From Selaginella moellendorffii (Eukaryota > Plantae > Lycopodiophyta), in NCBI RefSeq assembly GCF_000143415.4, contig NW_003314297.1, forward strand, positions 558,001 to 622,000: a stretch of DNA of 64,000 nucleotides, written 5' to 3'. The notes under the pieces are model-generated. The model did not search any database. It had not been told where the DNA came from and was given only the letters and a program-made list of their open reading frames with translations. Both the position numbers and the translations under genes were made by a program. Positions 62,788 through 64,000 of this stretch are shown in pieces; position 1 is the first letter of the stretch; the number at the start of each line of letters is the position of its first letter.

Positions 62788-63625
62788 ATGCAAGACGAGG
62801 AGGTAAATTTTGCTGCTCTAGATTCTGGATTGACTGATGGGGGTTTTTCGGGCAGATTTTCGTCAAGGAGCAGCAGCCAAAACTGCTCCAGAATTTGGGG
62901 AAGAAAGCGTTTGTCCTGGCGCGATATGCCGCCACCAAAGCTGTCGAGCTTCCCAGGCCTCTGGGTTCGTCCATCGCCTTGGCCGAAAATTTCCTAGAGC
63001 CGATCTTCCATACTGCGGAGACCCAAGGGCTCGATCTTCTCAAATTCCTGGATGATCGAGTAATTTCTTTTGTCTTTTTCGTATGGAAGTTCGATTCATT
63101 GTCTTCCATTTTTTTTCTTCTTTTCAGATCTATGTCGTTGGCGAGGCCATCGAGACATGCCTCCACAGCGCGATCGATGTGATCAACTACCCCAGGAAAA
63201 TCGCGGGTGAGTTTCAGAAACGAGGGATCGTTGGCTCTGCCGCCGACATCTGGGTGGAATACAAGGATCCCGTGACGAACATTGTCCACAAGCTCCCGGG
63301 CTCGGGCTTGGTCTCACCTGTTTTCCATGGACTGGGCGAGGCCCTGGCACTTGACCGGATCTCCAAGTGGCTGGTGGAGCACAGCGAGGTGAGAAACCAT
63401 GATCTCCAGGGAGGGAAGCTCAAAGAAGAATCAGAAGAAGAAGAAGTAGAAGAAGAAGAAGAAGAAAACCACGCGTTTGTGGAAGCAAAGGTTGCGGATC
63501 ACGAGTTTGTGGCGGACAAGATTGTCGAAGATCATGGCCACGACAAGGAGGAAGAAGACAAGGAGGAAGAAGACGATGAACTTACAAAGTTGCTAGATGC
63601 TGGCTGGGGACTAGGAGGTGTCTAG
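62788..63625 (+). CDS. REF/SRPP/LDAP-like lipid-droplet protein with acidic C-terminal tail (~238 aa, 3 exons)
   Basis: Exons 62788-62802, 62856-63059 and 63128-63625 splice in frame; LEPIF...GLDLLKFLDDR resembles the REF-family core. Confidence 0.55.
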
Positions 63626-63769
63626 TAGGTAAAGTTATATTTTCTAGCTCACCTTTTGTGCATAGTACAAACTTTTAAGGAATATATTTAGAATATTGAG
63701 ATATATTTTAAAATATTCCTTTTAAGCTTTTTTATTTGAAATAAATTTTTATTTATTATTAATATAATA

Positions 63770-64000
63770 TGTGTTCATGGAACAGGGAAATGGAATATAG
63801 AAATGTGCATATTAATTAGCCCAAAAACCCTAATTTATATACAAAAGCGAGTGGTCTAGATTTAAATTAATCCGATGGCTACCAAAATCCCACTATACTA
63901 ATATTAATATATGGCATCATAGTTATACATTTGGACTTCACATCATCCCCTCTTCTTGGAATGATGGAAAACCGTCAGGGTTCTCGTGGATAGGCCAAGA
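63770..64000 (-). mobile_element. 3' LTR, PPT and integrase end of another gypsy family copy
   Basis: LTR 63770-63942 homologous to 39755-39930, followed by tcatcccctc PPT and the integrase C-terminus. Confidence 0.85.

Overview
Plant nuclear DNA. Very short (~40-60 nt) introns, CCCTAAA telomere units, and chlorophyllase, EHD and REF/SRPP-like genes suggest a lycophyte such as Selaginella, but the species is my inference. Most of the window is nested transposons. The main discovery is a ~13.6 kb TIR-bounded DNA element (4282-17904) inserted into an LTR. It carries a ~1030-codon DUF7869/Sola-like RNase H-fold transposase on the + strand. On the - strand it carries a divergent multi-exon gene that I can splice in frame into a >1600 aa protein: ParB-like (GQH) domain, degenerate amino-methyltransferase-like fold, acidic linker, FCP1-like HAD phosphatase. 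About 25-30 copies of an inverted site ATGGCRTG-N6-CAYGCCAT lie between the TIRs, often inside the tiny introns, and I saw none outside. Both genes are broken only by a few in-frame stops consistent with C-to-T transitions. The window also holds five copies or fragments of a short-LTR Ty3/gypsy family, two non-coding large LTR elements, a TRIM, and a Cassandra-type TRIM with 5S rRNA-like LTRs. From ~40 kb on there is a tandem segmental duplication of chlorophyllase-like, EHD-like and Crinkler-type NTPase/nuclease genes with reciprocal gene loss, then a REF/SRPP-like gene. Two assembly gaps are present.
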